A stretch of DNA of 64,000 nt from the human T2T-CHM13v2.0 reference genome, Homo sapiens. The notes beneath the pieces are model-generated. The model made no database searches. It saw nothing but the letters and a program-made list of their open reading frames with translations, and was not told where the DNA came from. A program made the translations under genes and the position numbers. The stretch is from assembly GCF_009914755.1 (NCBI RefSeq), contig NC_060945.1. One strand, written 5' to 3'. Below, one piece after another: positions 15,351-27,378 of this stretch (its first letter is position 1; each line of letters starts with the position of its first letter).

Positions 15351-16680
15351 AGACAGCACATATTTATTATTGACTAAATCTGTCAGCATTTTGATCTACA
15401 ACAAACACAAATTGTGTTTTTCTAAAGCTCTTTGGGGTTTCTTATAAAGCAGGCTTTTTAACCAATGTTTTGAACATATCAGGTTAAGGTATGTGAAATA
15501 GTCTCTCCAGGTGGGATTTAACATAATGCAATAAGAACTGAAGATTTAATAGAGGATTTCTTTTCTAAGCACAGGAAGAATGGTGAAAGCATTTAGCTTT
15601 CACCATTGGCCAGACAGATAAAACAGACATTCCCTAAAGACATCAGCACCTTAGAGAGAAAATCAAAACTACTCAACAGAAAAGTGTGAGGCAAGGAAGA
15701 GCTGCAGATAGTGTCTACAAAGGGTGGCTCAGCAGTTCTGGAGTGGTTTCTCTCACTGCATTTCCTTTCCCCAGAGGTCCCTTTGGCTAAAGCACTGTCC
15801 AAAGGTCAGTTGCTGGAATGAGTCGTTTAGTGCTGAGGAACCAGTTGCCTGCCCAAAGAGTTGCTCCGCCAGCAGTAGGAAAAAAAAGAAAGTGTGAATT
15901 CAAGTATTTCAGAAAGTTTGACTCCCACTTTATAAGAGCAGGGGGAAAATTCATAAAGAAAGTGAGGCCATTAAAGAGCTGGAGTTTACAGGATTGTGAA
16001 GCAGGAAAAGAAGTCAGTCTTGGGAAGTACCATTAACAAATTTAGTAACAGGCTGGGCTTCAGCCTCCTCTTCCCTTGCCACACTCCACGTAACACAGAA
16101 TGCACAAGACACCAAGCCACATGTGTGATTTCTCTGGACTCGCACGTGTAGGGCAAGCTGATTTTCATTTGTGAATTGGATTTCTCATTTGCGGACTCTT
16201 ATCTATGATGCAACTAGTTTCCCAGACATTATGCTTTGTCTTGGACAGATGTTGGTGAGTGCCATGCAAGTGCCCTGGGTCAAAAACGGTTTCTCTTCTC
16301 CTCTGCGCCTTGGGTGGATGCAGGGGGCTACTCATTTCTCCTGAGCCTTTTCCTTTGACTATAGATGACTTACCTGTATATTCAGACTCTGAATTCAATA
16401 AGGTTCCCTTGCCTCGAATTTGCCATTTACTTTGGACATGGATGGAAGCTTGCAAGCGCAGAGCACCATACAATGAATATTTTAGAGCACATTAATGGTA
16501 CTGTTAGTATAGACAGAGGGCCTGCCACATAGTAGGCTCGTGAAGGCTGTTGTCTGAAAAGAGCTTGCTTTGGGGACACAAATCAAACTGTATATTTGGT
16601 TGATAAGATTCAGAGATGTGAATCCATCCACAGCTAATGGATGGACCAGCGAGTTAGCTCTGGCAATGTCTTCTCTAGAA

Positions 16681-16861
16681 CAGTGGTTCTCAAAATATAC
16701 TGCACGTTATAATTGCCTGGAGAGTTTTAAAAAATTGTAATGCACAGGCTATTTATCATACCAAATTAAATCAGAATCCTTGAGGGGTAGGACCCAGTCT
16801 TTGGTGTTTAAAAAAAGTTCTCCAAGTAACTTCAATAAGCGGCCAGAATTAGTCATCACTA
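16681..16861. mobile_element. MER5A/B hAT-Charlie element
   Basis: cagtggttctcaaa terminus after ctctagaa; aaattaaatcagaatc core. Confidence 0.8.
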
Positions 16862-17060
16862 TGGAGTGACAACATCCATAAATAGCCACTAGTCTTATGT
16901 GATAATTTAAATTTAAGCTAATATCACTTACAATTAGTTTCTTAGTTGCAATAGCCAAATTTCAAGTGCTCAGTAGCCACATGTGGCTAGTGGCCACCAC
17001 ACTGGAGAGTGTAGAGTTATGGAACGTTTACATCATTGTGGAAATTTCTGTTGCACTACT
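16862..17060 (-). mobile_element. MER3 hAT-Charlie (copy 1)
   Basis: tttcaagtgctcagtagccacatgtggctagtggc...catcattgtggaaatttctgttg. Confidence 0.85.
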
Positions 17061-17206
17061 TAAGAGTCTAGAGCTCTAGGTTTATACTGAGTTCTTCAAG
17101 CTGAATGAATACTGAATGGCCATACTACCAAAAAGAATTTGAAGTAAAATATTCTTGCCATAGATTCTTTATCTTGATACCCATCTCTATAAGGGCCAAG
17201 TTACGA

Positions 17207-17488
17207 GGCCAGGTGCGGTGGCTCACACCTGTAATACAAGCACTTTGGGAGGCCGAGGTGGATGGATCACTTTAAGTCAGGAGATCGAGACCAGCCTGGC
17301 CAACGTGGTGAAACCCCGCCTCTACTAAAAATACAAAAAGTAGCTGGGCATGGTGGTGCATGCCTGTAAGGAGGCTGAGGCAGGAGAATCGCTTGTAACC
17401 AGAGGTGGAGGTTGCAGTGAGCCAAGATCGCGCCACTGCACTCCAGCCTGGGCGACAGAGTGCGACTCCATCTTAAAAAAAAAAAAAA
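17207..17488 (+). mobile_element. Alu (AluS-type, small right-arm deletion)
   Basis: Dimeric Alu; TSD core ggccaagttac on both sides. Confidence 0.96.
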
Positions 17489-18829
17489 GGCCAAGTTACA
17501 ACTAGAAGGCTGATTTAGATTTTTTGGCCAAAGTTATATGTTTCTTGAGATAAAGATCTGATGCACAACTCAAAACAGTAGTGTTTTTTGTTAAGCCCAC
17601 AGCTGTGGTCAGTGTCCATGGTTATCCCATAATGACTACTTCCACCTCATTGCCAAGCTCATTAAAAAAGAACAGTCTCCACACAATGCAGTGTTAAGTT
17701 TCGGGGCTCAGAAAATCCCTGAGAGTATTGCAAGCTTATTTCTACAGATTTTTTTTGGTGGGGGGGTAGATTTCACTTTGTGTACAAATCCACTTTAGAG
17801 CTCCCCCTTCTCTCTTAAATTCTCGAACCTGTAGAAAGCATCTAGGCATGTCCTCTTTATCTCAACTCTGTACATCAGCCTGAAGCAACTTGTCACCAGA
17901 AAAATGGAAGATGAGAAGCAGATTACCTTTCAAACTCAGTAATGCAAATTATTAGATGCAGTCCTTCCCTGGAAAATCATATACACGTTAGGGTTCTCAA
18001 CAGGCTGTCTGACTTAATCACAGTGTATTTATTTAGGGATTTGGTTATAAAACACTTCTATAGCAACACTGTAGAATGGACCACTGTAAGGAAAAACACA
18101 AAAGCTGGGGCCAGCAGTTTATCACCTGGAAATAGCATGGCTTTGATAATTTGACTCATTATGAACTCACAGAAATAGATCTATTCTCAGAAATACATTT
18201 TTAGGGGCGGTGGGTGAGGGACAACAGAGAAAGAGTACATCCAGGGAGGACGCTGATCTCTCTGCTCTTTATCTAAGAGAGATTCTCATATGTTTGACTT
18301 TTTATAGATTTTGCCATTGAGTTTCATGATTGCCAAGATGCCCAGATCAATACCTTGAGGGAATACCTTTTGGCTGAACAACATGACACTGGAGACTGGC
18401 ACTGGTTTTGAATAAAATACCAGTGAGGAAAATTTTTAAAATACTCAATATATAATTCATCTGAGAATAACAAGTGACATGAACAAAAATTGGCTTTTTA
18501 AGAGATGAGGCTAAGAACCAGCTTACAGCCTCTCAAAAGACCTTAGTTGAATATTCTTTACCCAAGTCACTTCTGCTGTCACTGTCTATCCTTTTTAACA
18601 CACACATACAACTCCTTATGTTACAGTGAGCTCTTCAGAGCTCCTGAAGCTGCCATCCAGGTATTCCTTGAACTGTTGTCATCCCGGAAAATTCTGAAAC
18701 TTTCCTAGTATTTAAGTATTCATATATCCCCTTTTAAGTATTAGTCCCTATAGTAGATGCAAAAGAATAAGATACAACTCTTTATTTTGTAAGGACAAAT
18801 GAATGACATATGTTTCAAGAATAAATTCT

Positions 18830-19059
18830 TTCTCTCTCTCCATATATATACATATCTCATGAAAATATATCTCATAAAGATATATATTTAAAAATAAATA
18901 TATATATTTGAATTTAAATTAATGTCATTTAATATTAATTTCTTAGCTGCAAAAACCAAATTTCAAAAAATACATACATATACATATATATTATATATAC
19001 ATATATACATGTATATATATTATATATACATATTATATATGTATATTATACGTGTGTGT

Positions 19060-19100
<41 letters not shown>

Positions 19101-19105
19101 TAAAA
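18830..19105. repeat. (TA)n-rich low-complexity array (includes the left part of MER3 copy 2)
   Basis: Imperfect TA/TACA/TG repeats. Confidence 0.9.
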
Positions 19106-19420
19106 TTTTACAACTAACATTAGCCATTGAATAGTATGAACCTAGACTCTGGTTCTTTTATCTGATGACATGACTAGAGGAGGGATGGCCAAATAAGGTT
19201 TATCTGGGGTCCCAACTCTGATTGATTAGAACTGGCTGAAGGAAGGACTCTGAGACCACAACTGAGCACAGCAAGAATGAGTGCTGTGATCAATTATTGA
19301 TGTCTGCAACAGGCAAGAGGGGACATGTGCTCAATGGGCACATGTGGCTAGTGGCCGCCATATTAGGCAGTGTAAAATTATGGACTATTTACATAATCGT
19401 GGAAATTTCTGTTGCACCAC
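18906..19420 (-). mobile_element. MER3 (copy 2), split into 18906-18966 and 19327-19420
   Basis: The two halves align to 16905-16965 and to 16966 onward. Confidence 0.8.
19143..19323 (+). repeat. 181-bp direct duplicate of 20374-20554
   Basis: Ungapped alignment, 5 substitutions. Confidence 0.97.
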
Positions 19421-19490
19421 TTAGAGTCCAGAGTTCTAGATTTCATATTGAGTTCTTCAATTGGAATGAATACTGAATGGCTACACTGCC

Positions 19491-19501
19491 ACACACACAC
19501 A

Positions 19502-19536
<35 letters not shown>
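19491..19536. repeat. (CA)n/(CT)n microsatellite
   Basis: Direct inspection. Confidence 0.95.
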
Positions 19537-19538
<2 letters not shown>

Positions 19539-20104
19539 CACCCAATTCCTTTCAGAGATAAAATTTTGAGATTTGAGAAAAGACAAGGAAGAAAACTGCA
19601 AGTGAACCATATATAGAAGTAGTTTCTCAATTGTAAGGTCACCCATTTCTTCCTAGACTTTTTTTGAAGAAGATGACAGTTCCTCATCCTAACCTTCCAA
19701 ACTTTCTTGGTTGAATCTGCCAGGCAACTCACATCCAATATCCTAAGAGATCACAAGCAGTCACAATGGTAGCAGACAGAGCTGGCTAGAATTGGCAAGA
19801 GAGGCCCCATCACTGCCACCCACTTCTCATTTGGGCTGGAATCAGATGGGTTTTGTTGTCTAGTAGAAGGATTATCTAATTTACCTCTGAGTTTCTCTAT
19901 GTGATTCTTGGAGCCCAGCATTCTGATGAACGCATAAAAGGAATTTTGACTTGGGTTGTGCTAATCCTCCTTACACATCTGTGCTGCCTAGAGGTGATTC
20001 ACTTCTTTAGAATCCCTCCAATAATATTATTATTTTTCTAAGCGTCTGGAAGGTAGTGTCTTTGTTTGCTAGGGTTGTCTGCATTTGAAAACAAGTTAAT
20101 CAAC

Positions 20105-20365
20105 ATGCATTATATATATATACACATTTATATATATATATACATGTGTATATATATGTGTATATATAATATATACATGTATATAATATATACACGTGTA
20201 TATATTATATATAAAGCATATATAAATGTATACAATATATTATATATAATGTATATATTATATTATATATGTATATAATGTATATGTATTATGCACATGT
20301 ATATGTATTACATTATATATACACGTATATGTATTATATTTTATATGTATATAACGTGATATATG
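20105..20365. repeat. (TA)n-rich imperfect array
   Basis: Direct inspection. Confidence 0.95.
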
Positions 20366-20411
20366 CGCCTAAATAGACTGTGGTTCTTTTATCTGATGAG
20401 ATGACTAGAGG

Positions 20412-20594
20412 AGGGATGGCCAAATAAGGTTTATCTGGGGTCCCAACTCTGATTGATTGGAATTGGCTGAAGGAAGGACACTGAGACCACAACTGAGCAC
20501 AGCAAGAATGAGTGCTGTGATCAATTATTGATGTCTGCAACAGGCAAGAGGGGAAGATGTGGCTGGCTATCTGCATACCAGATAGTCCCCATCT
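20412..20594. mobile_element. MER117-like hAT-Charlie element
   Basis: agggatggccaaataaggtttatc...gagtgctgtgatcaattattgatgtctgc; family name from memory. Confidence 0.6.
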
Positions 20595-22505
20595 TAATAA
20601 AGAATGAAGCTTGTGGAGGGGACAGTGGGAGATAGGGCTGCGTAGAGTGGTTGGATTTGTGTTCAAAGCGCCCTGAGAAGTCTGTACTGAATTCCTTAGG
20701 CAGTGGGGAGTGGAAGAGTCTTGAGCATTATAGCAATATGACAACATCTGAACTTTTAGGAAGCAAACTTGGCCATATGTAAGATGGACTGAAGTGGGGG
20801 AGGATAACCAATAAACTAGGAGCTTAAATAAGAAAAGGTAAGGACAGTGCAGATGTGGGAACATTAGAACTGCCTTGGAGCAAATGATAACCATGAGATT
20901 CCCATTTTGGATGATTGAGAGGGTGTTTTAATTTATAATGAAGGTAATTAATTTATAGAGAGTTGTATTCTTTTTATCTGTTTTCATGTAGAGTGCTTAT
21001 TACAGTATAGATGTTATAAACATGTTTATTGAGTAATATATGATAATAAATTAATGAATGAATGAAAGAGTAAGTGAAAGTTAGGAGGAGGAGCTGGTTT
21101 TGAGGAAAAGAGGACAAGTTATATTTTATACATTCTAAGTTTCAGGTGTTGGCAGGGCCCTCTGTAGAGATGTCCCCAGTTCAGACATAGCTTTCCAGTC
21201 CTCTTCAAACCTACCATTATACCACTGCTGGGTTGTGGGTTCTCCCCTCTAAACGACTACTTCCTGCATATCACTTTCCATATAGCTGATTTATGATTTT
21301 CTTTTAGAAAACCATGCCGGTGATCTTTACCTATGTAAAACAGTTACAATTTATTGAGGAGTCCATTATGTGATATCATTTGTGATACAATGTATCATTG
21401 AATCTTTATGGCTCCCTAATATTGGGGACAATATTATACCCCTTCTACTGAGGTTACTAACTCAAGTAGTAGAGTTGAGATTCAAATCCAAGTTGCCTTC
21501 CTTCTAAATTTTACCCCTGTTTGTTTCCCCACACTGTCTCTCACTACTAAGTGATACATTCTAGAAAATGCTCATGCCATGCTTCTGATCTCATGTTAAC
21601 CAACGGTGCCTAGTGGAACCTCATTACCCCCGGCATTTCCCATACTCCTCTCCCATTTACCCATTTCTCTCATCCATGATTTTCTGACCAATTAGCCAGT
21701 CTGTCCTACATTATACCCATCTCTCTTCTTATTGCATGTGCATCCTCTTTTATGCATTCACTTCTACTCCTATTTCTCACTTTAGTACGTACATGTACGT
21801 GTGCATAATGATCACATGCTTTTGAAGTGGTATTAAGAGAGTTTGCACAAAAATTGTGGGACAGATATGGGTATAATGTGGTGTGTGTTCACCCAAAGCT
21901 GTTGGCTTTAATCAGGATTGCAAAGCTATACACACAGGACATAACAGTTTATCTTGGAAAATTAGTGGTTGGGAACATCTCGATGGTGGACTTGTTTCAA
22001 ACTAAACACCTCTTCCTCAACCTTCAGTGCCCTTCTGCAGAGCTGTTAGTGCATGAGTACTGTGAGATGCGTCCTTGTTACATGCTACAAGTAGCCCCTC
22101 AGGTAGAAGCCAGTGTTTCCAAATGTCTACATAACTAGGTCAAATTACATCCAGAGCTAGGCTGTGTTGCTCTGATGTGTTTACACTTATTTTCCATTGA
22201 ATCTAAGTTTCTAATGTTTTAGGTCACTAACAATGAATCCAACATCTGACATTTTATGAGCGGTGGGATGTTATCAATCCTTCAGCAAGTTTTGATGTTT
22301 TTTTTATGACTTCTGGCAAGCTGGAGTCATTAGGATTTATTACCAGAAAAGGGAACAAATACTGTTGTTTTACTGTGTTCGACGTATAGTAGCTGAAAGT
22401 AGAGTATTTTCAAGACCTATGTTCCTTTTGAAATAAAAAGTTCCTAGGTCTTGCCTTGGTCTTTGGGTTGGCTGGGCATGCAGTACACTGCACTGAACTC
22501 ACTGG

Positions 22506-23091
22506 TGTGATGGACCCCGTTCACGCACCACTCCAGACCTTCCTGGCTCAGTGCCTGGGAGTTTGTCTTGCTTCTGGGTCTGGGTGGCCTTGGAAATGGG
22601 GCAAAGGATACTGTCATAAAGCCACAGCTGCTGCTATTGCCATCACAGACCAAAGAATTCCCATGTGTGATGCTCACTGACAAGAGGAGTCAGCTGTACC
22701 TATGTGCTACTTGGCCAGAACTTAGAGATGCTTGGATTTCCCAGTGGCTACCTGGGGGTTCCAGGTAACAACTTGCAAGTGCAGGGGGAATTAATACTGT
22801 ATTGGGTGAACTTTTGATCAATGAGAGGCAGTGGATAGGGAGAATCCAGCAGATAAGTTGCTTGCCTTTGTTCTAAGACACAGCAGATTCGTACAGCTTT
22901 TCTGCGTATGTCCTGAGAGAGCAAAGGCTTAGCTAAGTTTCTCATGAGCTGTGACTAGCTCTGTGCCTTTTCTTTTGCTTTCACTTTTACTTCCTTGGGA
23001 CTGTACACCCTGTTGCCCCACCCCAAAAAGCATATAAGCTTTTGAGTCAAGTTTTTTTTTAATTTTTTTTTAATCATCTTAGGCTAAGACA
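22506..23091 (+). mobile_element. ERVL solo LTR (LTR16/LTR33 group)
   Basis: Ends ...taggctaagaca; internal tttgatcaatgagaggcag; 5' boundary uncertain. Confidence 0.55.
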
Positions 23092-24400
23092 CTTTTTGTC
23101 CCTTCTGTTAGATTTGAACTCTTGGAGGACTGAGGCCATGTCATTTTCATGTTTCTCTTGATTGCATCTAGATATTTATTGAAACCATGTTTGCTGAATG
23201 ACAATGTCTGGCTTACCACCCAAAGGAAGTTCAACAAAGGGGAGCAGAATCCCTCAATTCAGGGTGGCTTTGACATTCATGTCACACCCAACCTGCCACA
23301 CAAATATTGGTCCAGCTCGCTGTGTCTTGGCAGGTGATGGAAGCTTGGCCTTGGAGGCACCAAGGAGCTAAGAGGACTCCATGATATGAACACAAAGGTC
23401 GATTCACATGCTGGTGCTTTAGGGGGCATTAAAACCATTCCAGAGAAGCAGGAATAAAGAATATAGGAGCATCTTTGTGGACACTGGGTCTGCAGGTCTA
23501 GCAGTAACAGAGGAGGGCATAATGGATTCATGAGGTCAAAGCTGGGATGGACCTTGACTGTAATGAAAAGAGGCCATGAGGGTGTGAATCAGGGAAAGAG
23601 GATGAAGGCAGGGGTGGGAGTTGTGTTGAACAATTGGCAGATGATCCAGGAGGCTTCATAGGTTGAAGACTTTCAGCTACTCATTAGGAAACAGCAGGCA
23701 TATTCCTTCATTTTTCCCCTTTTTCATTTTTTAGACTTCCCCATATTCATTTTCCCTCTCTCTCCCTTACTGCTATTATTTTTTCATGTTTTTGATTCTG
23801 TCTTTATTCTACATTTGATGATTCAAAATGTGACATCTTTACATTTAATGAATTCTTAACCCAGTGGTATATGTTTTGAAGAGTGAAATTAATAAAGAGG
23901 CTTAGAGAGCAAATAGAAATACACTTCTATAATGAAAATAATCTGTCACTCATGCGTTAGCTGATTCTAGTTGATGTGTTCTTTGGGAGCCTGAAGACAA
24001 CCGAGAAATGGGTCCTACAGCTGTGAGCTCTCCTTCCACTGCCATGATTTCCTTCACGGAGTCATAGCATTGCTGATTCCTAACTGGGATGTGGTTGGAC
24101 TTAAACCTTGGTTTAAATCCTGACTCTGATATCCAAACATCCTAAGAGTCAAGTGCCTGGTTTCTTAGTTTCTGATTTTTTACACAGATAATACCTTCAC
24201 AAACACATACGGTATATGGAAGTTGAAGAAAGAAATGAAATAATGTTTAAATATGACTTTGAACATATTCAACAAAACTCTCGGGTTCAGGAATTTTAGT
24301 ATTGTGGTAAGAATATGATTGCTGTGAATGACAATAATAGTTGAGCTAGCCCTTCAGTGAACAAGTTGAGACACTTTTTTTTTTTGTAACCTGGTTAACA

Positions 24401-24618
24401 TAGGGTTTCTCAACCTCAGAACTCTTGACATTTTGGGCTGGATGAATCATTGCTGTGGAGAGCTATGCTGTGTATTGTAGGATGTTTTGGCTCATCCCTA
24501 ACCCCTACCTATTAGATGCCATTAGCCTCCCCTACTCCTGATGTCACATCCAAAAATGTCTCCTGACATTGCCAAATGTCCCTTCCTGGGTAAAATCTTT
24601 CCCAGGTGAGAACCACTG
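24401..24618 (-). mobile_element. MER20 hAT-Charlie
   Basis: agggtttctcaacctc...caaaaatgtctcctgacattgccaaatgtccc...gagaaccactg. Confidence 0.92.
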
Positions 24619-27290
24619 GGATACAGCATGTCCACTAGAGCTATAGTTTTCCTCCTTATATTAACGTGTTGACTAAAACTTAAAAAGCAAACATAATAGA
24701 TACCTCCAAACAGCAAATGGGCTAATGCAGTTGGTATACACAACAGTACATCTGCCAATGTTTATACATAGCACACGGCTGTACTCAGCTGCAGCCAGTG
24801 ACAAACAGAATTCGGAGTTTACTTTCAGTCCACACTAAGAGGGGACTAACATGGCGGGATAAAAAGCCAGGAGACCCCCCTTCCCAGAAGCCCCCCTTTG
24901 AATCACAACACATATGTGAGTAATGACTGTGAATTGAATTTATGACTCAAGTGCTGTTTGTCTGCATACATCAAATAAAATTTGAGACTTAAAGACACAA
25001 GCTGCCATGTTCGTTTCCCCCCTCATATTCATTTGTGATAACTACTTAGAATTCAGCCCCCCTCTTTTTTTAAAAAAAATAGCACTCTGTCATTTCCAGA
25101 AAATGTTTTAAATTAGTACAAAACTTGGCTAAATTTAGCTTTTATAGAAGAAAGAATAAAACATAATTAACTGTTTAAAGAAGAAAACAGAAACCACATG
25201 AAGGAATGAGACTTGCTGGCGAGAAATCTAACAGTAGTGCTTGGTAGCTAACCCATCTCCTGTGTAACAGATGTTCACGAATTTAAATGGAAACAGGATG
25301 GGCGTCCCCATAGAAGGCATTTGTGATAAAAAGCTGCTAACTGTGTAAATGTACGAGGCTGCTACAGGTGTGGCATCTCATCTAATTGCCCAGGGATGGG
25401 ACTGCAAGAACACTCGAATGCACAAAGCAAAAGAAAGTCTCAGCATGGCAAGAAATATCGACAGATAGAACGCTTAGCAGGATCCTGGCCGGGAGACCCC
25501 ATGGGTGCAGTCTGCTTGCTGTAATTGCCGGCTGGAGTGGAAAAGAAAAGACTCTGTTTTAAAGCTCTCGAAGCATTCGTCTCTGGTTTTAGCAGAACAT
25601 ATAACATCTTCTGTAATTTCTATGTAAATACTTGACAGTTGAAAAGAATTCTTTTTTTTTCTTCCTATCCAGACTATAATTTATGGTGGTTTAGTGGGAA
25701 AAGGGGTTAATTTGATTTAAAAACTGAAAATGATTCTCTATTTGGCTTTTTAAAAAGTATTTATTTAAAAAACTCTGCACAGAACAGACAGAGGGGAGAC
25801 AAAGGATTCTATTGTATGACTGACCTAGGCGTGCCATGTCTCTTTGCTCCCTACACAGACAGAGGCCTGGCCTGAAGCACGCAAGATTATGCACACATGG
25901 GTCCAATCTTTGTCACCTGTCACCTAATAAAGCCTCACTGAATCAAAGACTAGGTTATCATTTATTCTGCTGGACTGACTTATGCAACATTCTCTGTTTA
26001 ATGTCATCTTTTCTTAATACTCAATTATTATTATTATTGTTATTGTTACTGTAATATTTAAAAACACAGATGGACCTGGGAACATGCCATTGTAACATTG
26101 TGGCCATCAGCCAAAAAAAAAAAAAAAAAAAGGTACAATAATCTATTGTTGAGCTGGAACTCCTCCAGTGACTCATAGGCTCTGGGGATAATGTCTCTGA
26201 AATCATGCCTATAAGTTAATCGATGAAGTTTTCTTTTATTCCTCAGTATATACATTTTATCTCCTTTGTAAGATACAACTTAATAATAAATTAAATAACT
26301 ATCAAGCATATTGCAAGATTACCTTATTAACAGTCACTTTTTATGTGAAGTCGCTCTAAATATTCAAGGAATAGTTTCTTTCCATTGGAAAAAATTTCTG
26401 AGAAATTGGATCAGAAAGTTTTTTGAGGCTCAATGTGGGGTTCTGGGCTCATCTTTTATACCTGCTTCTATGAGGTGGTGCAGTTTCCCATGAAAAAAAA
26501 AAAAACCAGAAAGAAAAGATACAATACCCTGTTGCCTGGGTGCAGGAAGAAAGAGAACATCCCCGCTGACCCAGTGATCCTAGTTTTCTCCTGCCTTTCC
26601 GGAGATTTTCAACAGAAAATGCCAGGCAAGGTTGAGCTTTCTTTTTCTAAAATTGTTTTCTCTTTGACTCATGGATTTAATGGTAACACAAAAGGTCCCC
26701 TTCTCTAGAAGAAATTGGAAGTTAAATTTATCATCTCTTCTTTTACATATTTTCCCCAACATGCCAAATCTTAGTTCATTGAGGGCTTCGATAATGCAGG
26801 CAGTCCTGCATTTCAGATATGCATAGTGCCGTGCCATTTAGTGACATGTATGGGTTCTGCAGTTTACATTTTGATTAATAGGAGCAATTAATAAATCATG
26901 AGTTACATAATATCCACACAGTGAAAAGCCTCAAAGTTACCATGAAGTGATTGAGATATTAAATGCCTATATGTATTGAATATGATTTTTTTGAAGTAGT
27001 CTCATGCCAGTTATCTTCCCAGGAGAAGTAAAATTGTTCTGCTTATCTTCTTTCACTGAGTCATCCCCATCAAAACAACAAGTAAGTGACTCCTCCTCAG
27101 AACTTAATATTTAACTAAACTCTTTCAGTTACTAATTAAGGGATAAATTAGGTTCCTATTAGAATGAAAAATCGGAATGGCTTTATTCTCTCTTAACCTT
27201 AGATACATTCTCTCAGTCTAATATCTTGCTCAGGGTCTAATGCAGACAAGTTTTATTTTATAGTTCTCTCATTTTCTTTCTGCTCTGCAA

Positions 27291-27378
27291 TCCTCCTCCT
27301 CCTCCTCTTACACCTCCTCCTTCTCCTCCTTCTTCTTCCTCCTCCCTCTCTTCCTTCTCCTCCTCTTCCTCCTTCTTT
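27291..27378. repeat. (CCT/CTT)n polypyrimidine tract
   Basis: Almost purine-free run of about 88 bp. Confidence 0.9.
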
